The notes beneath the pieces are model-generated. The model did not search any database. It was not told the DNA's origin and worked only from the letters and a program-made list of their open reading frames with translations. Positions 45,093 to 60,916 of a stretch of DNA of 64,000 nucleotides are shown here, piece after piece (within the stretch, counting starts at the first letter, position 1; every line of letters starts with the position of its first letter). The DNA is from the human T2T-CHM13v2.0 reference genome, Homo sapiens: NCBI RefSeq assembly GCF_009914755.1, contig NC_060938.1; one strand, given 5' to 3'. A program made the translations under genes and the position numbers.

Positions 45093-46958
45093 AGTTTTTA
45101 TGTGAAGATATTTCCGTTTTCACCATAGACCTCAAACTGTCTACATATATCCCTTTGCAAATTCTACAAAAAGACTGTTACAAAACTGCTCAATCAAAGA
45201 AAGCTTCCACTCTGTGAGATGAATGCACACATCACAGAGAAGTTTCTCAGAAAGTTTCTGTCTACTTTTTATTTGTTGATACTCCCTTTTTCACCATAGA
45301 CCTCAAACCACTCATAAATAACCCTTTTCAGATTCTACAAAAAGACTGTTTCCAAACTACTCAATCAAAAGAAAGCTTCAATTCTGTGAGGTGAATGCAC
45401 ACATCACAAAGAAGTTTCTCAGAATGCTTCTGTCTAGTTTTTATCTGAAGACATTTCCTTTTTCACCATAGGCCAAAAAGGGATCCCAAATATCCCTTTG
45501 TACATTCTACAAAGGACTGTTTCCAAACTGCTCAATCCAAAGACAGGTTCAACTTTTGCGATGAATGCACACATCACAAAGAAGTTTCTCAGAAAGCTTC
45601 TGTCTAGTTTTTGTGTGAAGATATTACTTTTTTCACCATAGGCTTCAAAGGGCTCACATATATCGCAAAGCAGATTCTACAAAAAGACTCTATCCAAACT
45701 GGTCAAGGAAAAGAATACTTCAAATCTGTGAGATGAATGTGCACATCTCAAAGAATTTTCTCAGAAATCTTCTGTCTAGTTTTTATGTGTAGATATTTCC
45801 TTTTTCACCATAGACCTGAAACCGCCTATATATAACCCTTTGCAGATTCTACAAAAAGACTGTTTCCAAACGGCTCAATCAAAGAAAGCTTCTACTCTGT
45901 GAGATGAATGCACATATCAGAGAGAAGTTTCTCAGAAAGTTTCTGTCTAGTTTTTATTTGTCGATATTCCCTTTTTCACCATAGGCCTCAAACAGCTCAT
46001 AAATAACCCTTTGCAGATTCTACAATAGGACTGTTTCCAAACTGCTCACTCAAATGAAAGTTCAGCTGTGTGAGATGAATGCACACATCAAAAAGAAGTT
46101 TCTCAGAATGTTTCTGTCTAGTTTTTATGTGAAGACACTTTTTTTCACCATAAGCCTGAAAGTGTTCCCAAATTTTCCTTTGCAGATTCTATGAAAAGAC
46201 TGTTTCCAAACTGCTCAATCAAAAGAAAGGTTCAATTCTGTGTGATGAATGCACACATCACTACGAAGTTTCTCAGAAGGATTCTGTCTAGATTTTATTT
46301 GTGGATATTTCCTTTTTCACAATAGGCCTCAGAAAGCTCACAAATATCGCTTTGCTTATTCTACAAAAAGACTGTTTCCTATCTGCTCAATGAAAGAAAA
46401 TTAAACTCTGTGAGATGAATGCATGCATCGCAAAGTGGTTTCTCAGAATGCTTCTGTCTAGTTTTTATATGAAGATATTTCCTTTTTCATCACATGCCTC
46501 AAACCACTCAAAAACATCCATTTACAGATTCTCCAAAAAGACTGTTTCCAAACTGCTCAATCAAAAGAAAGATTCAAGTCTTTGAGATGCATACACCCAT
46601 CACAAAGAAGTTTCCCAGAAAACATGAGTCTAGTGTTTATATGAAGATATTTCCTTTTGCACCATAAGCATCAAAGCATTCACCAATATCACTTTGCAGG
46701 TTCTACAAAAAGACTGTTTCCAAACTGGTGAATTGAAAGAAATTCAACCCTGTGAGATGAATGCACACATCACAAAGAAGTTCTTCAGAAAGCTGCTGTC
46801 TACATTTTATTTTTCGATATTTCCTTTTTCACCATTGGATTCAAACCACTGAAACATATCACTTTGCAGATTCTACAAAAAGACTGTTTCCAAACTGCCC
46901 AATCAAAAGAAAGGTTCAACTCTGTGAGATGAATGCACACATCACAAAGAAGTTTCTC
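45093..46958 (-). repeat. Alpha satellite (ALR), reverse orientation
   Basis: Units read AGTTTTTATGTGAAGATATTTCC..CACCATAGGCCTCAAA..AAATATCCCTTTGCAGATTCTACAAAAAGACTG from the strand switch to the L1. Confidence 0.97.
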
Positions 46959-48534
<1,576 letters not shown>

Positions 48535-51500
48535 GAAAGTGCACATCACAAAGAAGTTTCTCAGAAAGTTTCTTTCTAGTTTTTATATGAAGATATTTCC
48601 TTTTTCACCATAGTCCACAAAGTGCACCAAATATCTTTTGCAGATTGTGCAAAAAGAGGTTTTCCAAACTGCTCAATCAAAAGAAAGGTTCAACTCTGTG
48701 AGATGAAATCACAAATCACAAAGAAGTTACTCAGAATGCTTCTGTCTAGTTTTTAAGTGAAGGTATTTCCTGTTACACCATGGGCCTCAAGGGGCTCACA
48801 AATATCCTTTTGCAGATTCTACAAAAAGACTGTTACAGAACTGCTCAATGAAAAGTAAGTTTCAACTCTGTGAGATGAATTCACACCTAAAAAAGAAGTT
48901 TCTCAGAATGCTTCTGTCTAGTTTTATGTGAAGATATTTCTTTGTCACCATAGGCCTCAAACCACTCAGAAATATCCCTATGCAGCTGTTACAAAAAGAC
49001 TGCTTCTAAACTGCTCAATGAAAAGAAAGATTCTACTTTGTGAGATGAAAACACACATCACAAAGAATTTTCTCAGAAAGTTTTTTTCTAGCTTATATGT
49101 GAAGATATTTCCTCTTTCAGCATAGGCCTCAATGGGCTCAAAAATATCTCTTTTCAGATACTACAAAAGGCCTCTTTCCAAACTGCTCAATCAGAAGAAA
49201 GTTTCAACTCTGTGAGATGAAAGCACACATCACAAAGAAGTTTCTCAGAATATTTTTCTAGTTTTTATGTGAAGATATTTCCTATTTCACCATAAGCCAT
49301 AAAGGTCTTCCAAATATCCCTTTGCAGACTCTACAAAAAGCCTGTTTCCAAACAACTCAATCAAAACAAAGTTTCAAATCTGTGAGATGAATGGACATAT
49401 CACAAAGAAGTTTCTCAGAAGGCTTCTGCCTAGTTTTTATGTGAAGATATGACTTTTTCACCAGAGGCCTCAAAGAGCTAAGAAATATCCCTTTGCAGAT
49501 TGTACAAAAAGACTGTTTCCAAATTTCTCAATGAAAAGACAGGTTCAACTCTGTGAGATGAATGCGCATATCATAAAGAAGTTTCTCAGAATGCCTCTGT
49601 CTAGTTTTTATGTGAAGTTATTTCCTTTTTCACCATAGGCCTTAAATGGCTCCCAAATATCCCTCTGCAGATACTACAAAAAGACTACTTGAAAACTGTT
49701 CAATCAAAGGAATGCTTCATCTCTGTGAAATGAATGCACCCATCCAAAGAAGTTTTTCAGAATGCTTCTGTCTAGTTTTTATGTGAAGATATTTCCTTTT
49801 TCACCACAGGCCTCAAAGTGCTCCAAATATCCATTTGCAGATTCTACAAAAAGACTGTTTCCAAACAGCTACATGAAAAGAAAGGTTCAATTCTGTCAGA
49901 TAAATGCACACATGAAAAAGAAGTTTCTCAGAATGCTTCTGTCTGGTTTTTATCTGACATAATTATTTTTCACCATAGGCCTCAAACCGTTCAAAAACAT
50001 CCCTTTGCATATTGTACAAAAAGACTGTTTCTAAACTGTCAAATGCAAAGAAAGGTTCAACTCTGTGAGATGAAACCACACATCACAAAGAAGTTCCTCA
50101 TAATGCTTCTGTCTGGTTTTTATGTGAAGATATTTCATATTTCACCATAGGCCTCAAAGAGCTCACAAATATCCCTTTGCAGACTCTACAAAAAGACTGT
50201 TTTCGAACTGCTCCATGCAAAGAAAGGTTCAACTCTGTGAGACGAATGCACACATAAAAAAGAAGTTACTCAGAATGCTTCTGTCTAGTTTTTTTGTGAA
50301 GATATTTCTTTTTCACCATAGACATCAAACCATTCAGAAATATCCCTTTGTACATTGTACAAAAAGACTGTTTCCAAACTGTTCAATCAAAAGAAAGGCT
50401 CAAACCTGTGAGATGAAAGCACACATCACAAAGAAGTTTCTCAGAATGTTTCTGTCTAATTTTTATGGGAGGATATTTCTTTTTCACCATAGGAATCAAA
50501 CCCCTCAGAAATATCCCTTTGCAGATTGTAGATAAAGAATTTTTCCTAACTGCTCAATCAAAAGAACAGTTCAAGTCTGTGAGATGAAAGCACACATCAC
50601 AAAGAAGTTTCTCAGAAATCTTCTGTCTAGTTTTTATGTGAAGATATTTCCCTTCTAACGATAGGCCTCAAAGAAATCCAAATATCAATTTGCAGATTCT
50701 ACAAAATAGTGTTTCCAAACTGCTCAATCAAAAGAAATTTTCAACTCTGTGAGATGAAAACACACATCACAAAGAAGTTCTTCAGAAAGTTTCTCACTAG
50801 ATTTTATGTGAAGATATTTAGTTTTTCACCACAAGCCACAAAGTGCTCCAAATATCCATTTGCAGATACTTCAAAAAGAGTTTTTCCAAACTGCTCAATC
50901 AAAAGAAAATTTCAACTCTGTGAGATGAATGCAAACATCACAAAGAAGTTTCTCGGTATGCTTCTGTATAGTTTTTCTGTGAAGATATTTCCCATTTCAC
51001 CATGGGCCTCAGTGGGCTCACATATATCCTTTTGCAAATTCTACAAAAGATTGTTTCCGAATTTCTCAATGAAAAGAAAGATTCATCTCTGGGAGATGAA
51101 TGCACACATGAATAAGAAGTTTCTCAGAATGCCTCTGTCTAGTTTCTGTGTTAAGATATTTGTTTTTCACCATAGGCCTCAAACTGCTCAGAAATATTCC
51201 TTTGCAGATTGTACAAAAAGATTGTTTCCAAACTGCTCAATGAAAACAAAGGTTCAACACTGTGACATGAATACTCACATCACAGAGAAGTTTTTCAGAA
51301 AGCTTCTGTTTAGTTTTTAAGTGAAAATATTTCCTTTTTCACCATAGGCCTCAAAGCACTCCAAATATCCTTTTGCAAACTCTACAAAAAGAGAGTTTCC
51401 AACTGTTCAATTAAAAGAAAGATTCGAATCTGTGAAAAGAAAGTACACATCACGAAGAAGTTTCTCATAATGCTTCTCTCTACTTTTTTTGTGAAGATAT

Positions 51501-51814
51501 TTCCTATATCACCATGAGCCTCAAAGATCTCACAAATACCCCATTGCAGATTCTACAAAGACAGTTTTCGAACTGCTAAATGAAAAGAAATGTTCAACTC
51601 TGTGAGACGAATGCACACATAATAAATTAGGTTATCATAATGCTTCTGTCTAGTTTTTATGTGAAGATATTTCTTTTTCACCATAGGCATCAAACCGTTC
51701 AGAAATATCACTTTGTAGATTGTACAAAAAGACTGTTTCTAAACTGCTCAATCAAAAGAAAATTTCAAACTGGTGAGATGAATGCACACATAACAAAGGA
51801 GTTTCTCAGGAATC
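48535..51814 (-). repeat. Alpha satellite (ALR), reverse orientation
   Basis: Continuous ~171-bp units of the AAATATCCCTTTGCAG / AAAGACTGTTTCC type. Confidence 0.97.
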
Positions 51815-52261
51815 TTTTTTTTTTATTTTCAACACTTTTTTATTTCTTTCAAAGTTAGTTTTTTAATTTATTATTATTATATTTTAAGTTTTAGGGTACA
51901 TGTGCACAATGTGCAGGTTTGTTACATATGTATACATGTGCCATGCTGGTGTGCTGCACCCACTAACTCGTCATCTAGCATTAGGTATATCTCCCAATGC
52001 TATCCCTCCCCCTTCCCCCCACCCCACAACAGTCCCCAGAGTGTGATATTCCCCTTCCTGTGTCCATATGTTGCTCTCATTGTTCAATTCCCACCCATGA
52101 GTGAGAATATGCGGTGTTTGGTTTTTTGTTCTTGCGATAGTTTACTGAGAATGGTGATTTCCAATTTCATCTATGTCCCTACAAAGTACATGAACTCATC
52201 ATTTATTATAGCTGCATAGTATTCCATGGTGTATATGTGCCACATTTTCTTAATCCAGTCT
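51815..52261 (-). mobile_element. Short (~450 bp) 5'-truncated LINE-1 3' end, L1PA2/PA3-like, antisense
   Basis: T-rich tail at 51815-~51880, then the reverse complement of the L1 3'UTR (CACTAACTCGTCATCTAGCATTAGGTATATCTCCCAATGCTATCC) and the ORF2 end, truncated at ..TTAATCCAGTCT. Confidence 0.95.
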
Positions 52262-55200
52262 TCTGTCTTGTTTTTAGTGAACATATTACCTTTCTCAACA
52301 TAGGCCTCAAAGCAATCCAAACATCCATTTGCAGATTCAACAAAAAGACTGCTTCCAAACTAATCAATCAAAACAAATTTTTACCTCTGTGAGATGAAAG
52401 CACACATCACAAAAAAGTTACTCAGACAGCTTCTCTCTAGTTTGTATGTGAAGATATTTTCTATTTTACCTGAGGTCATAAAGGGCTCACAAATATCCCT
52501 TTGAAGCTTCTACAAAAAGACTGTTTCCAAACTGCTCAATCAAAAGAAAGTTTCAACTCTGTGAGATGAATGGACACATCACAAAGAAATTTCTTGGAAT
52601 GATTCTGTCTAGTTTTTATGTGAAGATATTTCTCTTTCACCATAGGTCTCAAAATGATCAGAATTATCCCTTTGCAGATTGTTCAATAAACCTCTTTCTA
52701 ACCTGCTCAATAAAAAGAAAGGTTCAACTCTGTGAGATGAATGCACACATTACAAGGAAGTTTCTCAGAAAGCTTCTGTTTAGTTTTTATGTGAGGATAT
52801 TGCGTTTTTCACCATGGGCCTCAATAGCGCTCAAAATATCCATTTGCAGATTCTAGATAAAGAGTGTTTCCAAACTCCTCAATCAAAAGAAAGTTTCAAT
52901 TCTGTGAGATGAAAGCACACATCACAAAGAAGTTTCTTAGAAAGCTTCTTTCTAGTTTTTATGTGAAGATATTTCACATTGCACCATAGTACTCAATGCG
53001 CTCAGAAATATTCCTTTGCAGATTCTACAAAAGGGCTGTTTCCAAACTGCTCAATCCAAAGAAAGTTTCAACTATGTGAGATGAATGCACACATCAAAAA
53101 GAAGTTTCTCAGAATGCTTCTTTCTAGTTTATATGTGAAGAAAATTCCTATTTCACCATAGGCAATAAAGGGCTCACAAATATTTTTTTGCAGATTCTAC
53201 AAAAAGACTGTATCCAAACTGCTCAATAAAAAGAAAGTTTCAACTCTGTTAGATTAATGGACACATCAAAAAGTAATTTCTCAGAAAATTTCTGTTTAGT
53301 TTTTATGTGAGGATATTTCCTTTGTCACCATTGACCTCAAAGCACTCCTAATATCCATTTACAGATATCACAAAAAGAGTGTTTCCAAACTGCTGAATCA
53401 AAAGAAAGTTTTAACTCTGTGAGATGAAAGCACACATCTCAAAGAACTTTCTCAGAAAGCTTCGGTCTAGTTTTCATGTGAAGATATTTCCAGTTTCACC
53501 ATAGGCCTCAAAGGGCTAAGAAATATCCCTTTCCAGTTTCTAAAAGACAACCATTTCCATACTGCTCAATCAAAAGAAAGCTTAAATTCTGTGAGGTGAA
53601 TGCACACATGAGAATGAAGTTTCTCAGAACTCTCCTGTCTAGTTTTTATGTGACGATATTTACTATGTCACTATAAGCTTCAAATGTCTCAAAAATATCC
53701 CTTTGCAGATTCTACAAAAATATGGTTTCAAAAGTGTGAATTAAAAGAAACCTTCAAATCTGTCAGATGAATGGAGACATCACAAAGAAGTTCCTCAGAA
53801 TGCTTCTGTCTAGTTTAAATATGAAGATATTTCTTTTTCACATAGACCTCAAATGGCTCAGAAATACACCTTTGCAGAATGCAGGAAAAGACTGTTTCTA
53901 AACTGCTCAAACAAAATAAAGTTTCAACACTGTGAGATGAATGCACACATCACAAAGAAGTTTCTCAGAATGCTTCTGTGTGGTTATTATGTGAAGGTAT
54001 TTCCTTTTTCACCATGGGCCTGAAAGCACTCCAAATATCCACTTGCAGATTCTACAAAAAGAGTGTTTTCAAACTGCTCAATGAAAAGAAAGGTTCAACT
54101 CTGTGAGATGAAAGCACACTTCACAGAAGTGTTTCTTAGAAACCTTCTATCTAGTTTTTATGTGAAGATATTTCATATTTCAAAATAGGTCTCAATGGGC
54201 TCAGAAGTATACTCTTGCAGATGCTACAAAAAGAGTGTTTCCAAAAAGCTCAATCAAAAGAAAGGTTTAACACTGTAAGATAAATGCACACATTACAAAG
54301 AAGTCTCTCAGAATTCTTCTGTATAGTTTTTTTGAGAAGCCACTTCTTTTTTCACTGTAAGCCTGTCCGCTCACTAATAGCCCTCTGCAGATACTACAAA
54401 AGACTCTTTCCAAACTGCTCAATCAAAATAAAGTTTCACATCTGTGAGATGAAAGCCCACGTCACAAAGAACTTTCTCAGAAAGTTTCCGTCTAGTTTTT
54501 ATGTGAAGATATTTCCTATTTCTCCTTAGGCCTCAAAGGGATCACAAATATCCCTATTCAGATTCTACAAAAAACTGTTTCCGAACTGCTTCATCAAAAG
54601 AAAGGTTCAACTCTGTGAGATCAATGCACACATGCAAAATTAGTTTATCAGAATGTTTCTGTCCAGTTTTTATTTGAAGTTATTACTTTTTCACCATAGG
54701 TCTCAAACCGCAAACAAATATTCCTTTGCAGATTGCACAAAAAGCATGTTTCCACACTGCTCAATGAACTGAAAGGTTCAACTCAGTGAGATGAATGCAA
54801 ACATCACAAAGAGTTTTCTCAAAATGCTTCTGTCTAGGTTTTAGATGAAGATATTTACTTTTTCACCATAGGCCTCAAACTGCTGACAAATATCCCTTTG
54901 CAGATTCTACAAAACGAGTTGTTGCCAAACTTCTCAATGAAAAGCAAGGTCCAAATCTGTGAGATGAAAGCACACATCACAAAGAAGTTTCTCAGAAAGT
55001 TTCTGTCTAGTTTTTAAATGCAGATATTTTCTTTTTCACTATAGGCCTCAAAGCACTCCAAATATCCATTTGCAATTTCTACAAAAAGAGTGTTTCCAAA
55101 CTGCTCACTCAAAAGAGAGGTTCAACTCTTTGTGGTGAAAGCACACAGTACAAAGAAGTTTTACAAAAAGCTTCTGCCTAGTTTTTATGTGAAGACATTT

Positions 55201-58200
55201 CCTATTTCACCATAGGCCCCAATGGGCTCACAAACATCCCTTTGCAGATTCTGCAAAAGAATTCTTTCCAAACTGCTCAATCCACAGAAAGTTTTAACTC
55301 TGTGACATGAATGCACACATCACAAAGAAGTTTCTCAGAATGCTTCTGTCTAGTTTTTATGTGAAGAAATTTCCTGTTCACCATAGGCCTGAAATGCTGC
55401 AAATATCCATCTTCAGATTCTACAAAAAGAATGTTTACAAACTGCTCAATCAAAGAAAAGTTCAACTCTGTGAGATGAAAGCACACAACACAAAGAAGTT
55501 TCTCCAAAAGCTTCGGTCTAGTTTTTTTGTGAAGATATTCCCTATTTCACCACAGTCCTGAAAGGGCTCACAAATATCCTTTTGCACATTATACAAAAAG
55601 ACTGTCCCCAAACTGCTCAATCAAAAGAAAGTTTCAACTCTGTGTGATGAATGCACACATTACAAAGAAGTTTCTCAGAATGCTTTTGCTAGTTTTTATA
55701 TGAAGATATTTCTCTTTCACAGTAGGCCTCAAATGGCTCAGAAATATCCCTTTGCAGATTGTACAAAAAGACCGTTTCCAAACTGCTCAATCAAAAGAAA
55801 GTTTCAACACTGTGAGATGAATGCACACATCACAAAGAAGTTTCTCAGAATGCTTCTGTTAAGATTTCGTGTGAAGATATTTCCTTTTTCACCATAGGCC
55901 TCAATGGGCTCAGAAGTATTACTTTGTAGATTTTACAAAAGGTCTGTTTAGAAAACTGCTGAATCCAAAGAAAGATTCAACTCTGTGAGATGAATGCACA
56001 CATCACAAAGAAGTTTTGCAGAATGCATCTGTCTAGTTTTTATGTGCAGATATTTCTTTTTTCACCATAGGCCTCAAAGCGCTCCAAATACCCATTTGTA
56101 GATTCTACAAAAAGAGTGTTTCCAAACTGCTCAATCAAAAGAAAGGTTCAAACCTGTGACACGGAAGCAAACATCACAAAGTAGTCTCTCAGAAAGCTTC
56201 TGTCTATTTTTTATGTGACGATATTTCCTATTTCACCATGGGCCGTATAAGGCTCACAAAATTTTTTTGTAAATTCTGCAAAAAGACTGTTTCCAAACTG
56301 CTCAATCCAAGGGAAGTTTCAACTCTGTGAGATGAATGGACACACCACAAAAAAGTTTATCAGAATGCTTCTATCTACTTTTTATGGGAAGACATTTCTT
56401 TTTCACCCTAGGCTTCAATGGGCTCAGAAATATCCCTTTGCAGATTCTACAAAAGGACTGTTTCCAAACTGCTCAATCAAAGAAAGGTTCAACTCTGTGA
56501 GATGAATGCACACATCACAGAGATGTTTCTCACAATGCTTCTGTCTATTTTTTATGTGAAGTTATTCACCTTTTCACCATAGGCCTCAAAGCACTCCAAA
56601 CATCCATTTGCTGATTCCGCAAAAAGACTGTTTCAAAACTGCTCAATGAAAAGAAAGCTACAACTCCGTGTGTTGAAAGTACACATCACAAAGAAGTTTC
56701 TCAGAAAGCTTATGTCTAGTTTTTCTTTGAGGATATTTTCTGTTTCACCATGGGCCATAAAGGGCCCAAAAATATTTTTCACAGATTCTACAAAAAGACT
56801 ATTTCCAAACTGCTCAATCCAAAGAAAGTTTCAACTCTGTGAGATGAATGGACACAATACAAAGAAGTTTCTCAGAATACTTCTGTCTAGGGTTTACATG
56901 AGATATTTCCTTTTTCACCACAAGCCTCAAAGCGCTCCAAATATCCATTTGCAGATTCCACAAAAAGACTGTTTCCAAGTTGCTCAATGAAAAGAAAGTT
57001 TCAACTCTGTGAGGTGAAAACACACATCACAAAGAAGTTTCTCAGAATGTATCTTTCTAGATTTTTTGTGAAGATATTTCCTTTTTCAACATAGGCCTCA
57101 AAGCACTCCAAGTATCTATTTGCAGATTCTACCAAAAGACTGTTTACAAACTGCTAAATCAAAAGAAAGTTTCAGCTCTGTGATATGAATGCAGACATCA
57201 CAAAGAAGTTTCTCAGAAAGCTTCTGTTTAGTGTTTATCTGAAGATATTTCCTTTTTCTCCATAGGCCTCAAAGCTCTCCAAATATGCATTTCCAGATTC
57301 TATAAAAAGTCTGTTTCCAAACTGCTCAATGAAAAGAAAGGTTCAACTCTGTGAGATGAAAGTACATATCACAAAGAAGTTTCTCAGAATGTTTCTTTCT
57401 AGTTTTTTTTGGAAGATATTTCCTTTTTCACTATAGAACTCAGAGCACTCCAAATACCCATTTGCAGATTCTACAAAAAAGACTGTTTACAAACTGCTCA
57501 ATCAAAAGAAGTTTTCAACGCTGTGAGATGAATGCACACATTACAAAGTAGTTTCTCAGAAAGCTTCTGTTTAGTTTTTATGTGAAGATATTTCCTTTTT
57601 CACCATAGGCCTCAAAACGCTCCAATTATCCATTTGCAGATTATGCAAAAAGAGTGTTTCCAAACTGCTCATTCAAAAGAAACACTTAACTCTTTGAGAT
57701 GAGAGCACTCATTAAAAATAAGTTTCTCAGAAAGTTTCTGTCTAGCTTTTATGTGAAGATATTTCCAATATCACCAAAGGCCTCAATCGGCTGAGAAGTA
57801 TTCCTTTGGGGATTCTACAATAGGACTGTTTCCAAAGTGCTCTAGCAAAGGAAAGGTTCAACTCTGTGAGATGAATGCATGCATCACTAAAACGTTTCTC
57901 AGAAAATTTCTGTGTAGTTTTTATGTGAAGATATTTCCTACTTCACCCTAGGCCTCAAAGGGTTCACAATTATCCCTTTATAGATTTTACAAAAAGACTG
58001 TTTCCAAATCTTCAATCAAAGAAATGTTCAAATGTGTGAAATGAATCCAACCCTCACAAAGAAGTTTCTCAGAATTCTTCCATCGAATTTTTATGTGATG
58101 GTATTTCCTTTTTTACCATAGGCCTCAAAGCGCTCCAAATATACATTTGCAGATTCTACAAAAAGAGTGTTTCCAAACTGCTCAATCAAAAGAAAGGTTC

Positions 58201-59742
58201 AACTCTGTTAGATGGAAGCACACATCACAAAGAAGTTTCTTAGAAACCTTCTGTCTAGTTTTTATGGGAAGATATTTCGTATTTCACCATAGGCCTCAAT
58301 GGGCTCAGAAATATACCTTTGCAGATTCTACAAAAGGATTGTTTACAAACTGCTCCATCCAAACAAAGGTTCAACACTGTGAGATGAGTTCACACATCAC
58401 AAAGAAGTTTCTCAGAAAGCTTCTGCCTAGTTTTTATGTGAAGATATTTCCTTGTTCACCATAGGCCTTAAACTGCTCACAAAAATCACTCTACAGATAC
58501 TACAAAAAGACTGTTTCCAAACTGTTCAATCAAAAGAAGGGTTTAACTCTGTGTGATAAATGCACACGTCACCAAGAAGTTTCTCAGAATGCTTCTGTCT
58601 AGTTTTAATGTGAAGATATTTCCTTTCTCACAAAGTCCTCAAACCACTCCAAATATCCATTTGCAGATTCTACAAAAAGATGGTTTCCAAACTGCTCAAT
58701 GAATAGAAATGTTCAACTCTGTGAGGTGGAAGCACACATCACTGAGAAGTTTCTTAGAAACCTTCTATCTTCTTTTTATGGGAAGATATTTCATATTTCA
58801 CCATAGGCCTCAATGGGCTCAGAAATATACCTTTGCAGATTCTACAAAAGGATTGTTTACAAACTGCTCAATCCAAAGAAAGATTCAACACTCTGAGATT
58901 AATTCACACATCACAAAGAAATTTCTCAGAAAGCTTCTGTCTAGTTTTTATGTGAAGATATTTCCTTGCTCACCATAGGCCTCAAACTGCTCGCAAACAT
59001 CCCTCTACAGATACTACAAAAAGACTGTTACCAAACTGTTCAATCAACAGATCAGTTCAACTCTGTGTGGTAAATGCACACGTCACCAAGAAGTTTCTCA
59101 GAATGCTTCTGTCTAGTTTTTATGTGAAGATATTTCCTTTCTCACGAAGGCCTCAAACCACTCCAAATATCCATTTGCAGATTCTACAAAAGATGGTTTC
59201 CAAACTACTCAATGAATAGAAAGGTTCAACTATGTGAGATGAAAGCACGCATCACAAAGAAGTTTCATAAAATGTTGCTTTCTAATTTTTATGTGAAGAT
59301 ATTTCCTTTTTCACCATAGTCCTCAAAGTGCTCCAAATATCCATTTGCAGATTCTACAAAAAGTGTGTTTTCAAACTGCTCAATCAAAAGAAAGGTTCAA
59401 CTCTGTGAGGTGAAAGCACACATCACAAATAAGTTTCCAGAAATCTTCTGACTAGTTTTTATATGAAGATATTTCCTATTTCACCATAGGCCTCAATGGG
59501 CTCACAAATATCCCTTTGAAGATTCTACAAAAGGACTGTTTTGAAACTGCTCAATCAGAAGAAAGGTTCAACTGTGTGAGACGAATGCATACATCGCAAA
59601 GAAGTTTCTCAGAATGCTTCTGTCTAGTTTTTAGGTGAAGATATTTCCTTTTTCACCATAGGCATCAAAGCGCTCACATATATCTCCTTGTAGATTCTAC
59701 AACAACAGAGTATCCAAATTGATTAATCAAAAGAATGCTTCA
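52262..59742 (-). repeat. Alpha satellite (ALR), reverse orientation
   Basis: Continuous divergent ~171-bp units, resuming in register with the monomer interrupted at 51814. Confidence 0.97.
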
Positions 59743-60916
59743 CATAAAATCTCTAGAAGAAAACCTAGGCAATACCATTCAGGACATAGGCAAGGGCAAG
59801 TACTTCATGTCTAAAACACCTAAAGCAATGTCAACAAAAGCCACAATTGACAAATGGTATCTCATTAAACTAAGGAGCTTCTGCACAGCAAAAGAAACCA
59901 CCATCAGAGTGAACAGGCATCCTACGGAATGGGAGAAAATTTTTGAAACCTACTCATCTGACAAAGGGCTAATATCTAGAATCTACAATGAACTCAGACA
60001 AATTTACAGGAAAAAAACAAACAACTCCATCAAAAAGTGGGCAAAGGATATGAACAGACATTTCTCAAAAGAAGACATTTATGCAGCCAATGAACAAATG
60101 AAAAAATGCTCATCTTCACTGGCCATCAGAGAAATGCAAGTCAAACCACAATGAGATACCATCTCACACCAGTTAGAATGGCGATCATTAAAAAGTCAGG
60201 AAACAACAGGTTCTGGAGAGGATGTGAGAAATAGGAACATTTTTGCACTGTTAATGGGACTGTAAACTAGTTCAACCATTGTGGAAGTCGGTATGGAGAT
60301 TCCTCAGGGATCTAGAACTAGAAATACCACTTGACCCAGCCATGCCATTACTGGGTATATACCCAAAGGATTATAAATCATGCTGCTATAAAGACACATG
60401 CACACATATGTTTATAGTGGCACTATTCACAATAGCAAAGACTTGGAACCAACGTAAATGTCCAACCACGATAGACTGGATGAAGAAAATGTGGCACATA
60501 TACATCATGGAACAGTATGCAGCCATAAAAAATGATGAGTTCATGTCCTTTGTAGGGACATGGATGAAGCTGGAAACCATCATTCTCAGTGAACTATTGC
60601 AAGGACAAAAAATAAAACACCACATGTTCTCACTCATAGTTGGGAGTTGATCAAAGAGAACACATGGACACAGGAAGGGAAACATCACACACCACACACC
60701 AGGGACTGTAGTCAGGTGTGGGGAGGGGGAGGGATAGCCTTAGGAGATATACCTAATGCTAAATGATGAGTTCATGGGTGCAGCACACAAACATGGCACA
60801 TGTATACATGTGTAACAAACTAGCACATTGTACACATGTTCCCTAAAAATTAAAGTATAATAATAATAAAAGTAAATAAATAAATAAATAAACCCAGAGC
60901 TCCCAAAAAAATAGAG
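59743..60916 (+). mobile_element. 5'-truncated (~1.17 kb) LINE-1, L1PA4/PA5-like, with 12-bp TSD
   Basis: ORF2 C-terminal remnant ([13 protein letters not shown].. to ..MFSLIVGS*, stop at 60650), 3'UTR and tail. The TSD is AAGAATGCTTCA (59731-59742) / AAGAATGGTTCA (60917-60928). Older diagnostics GGCAATACC, AAGCTGGAAACC and GTAACAAAC. Confidence 0.95.
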
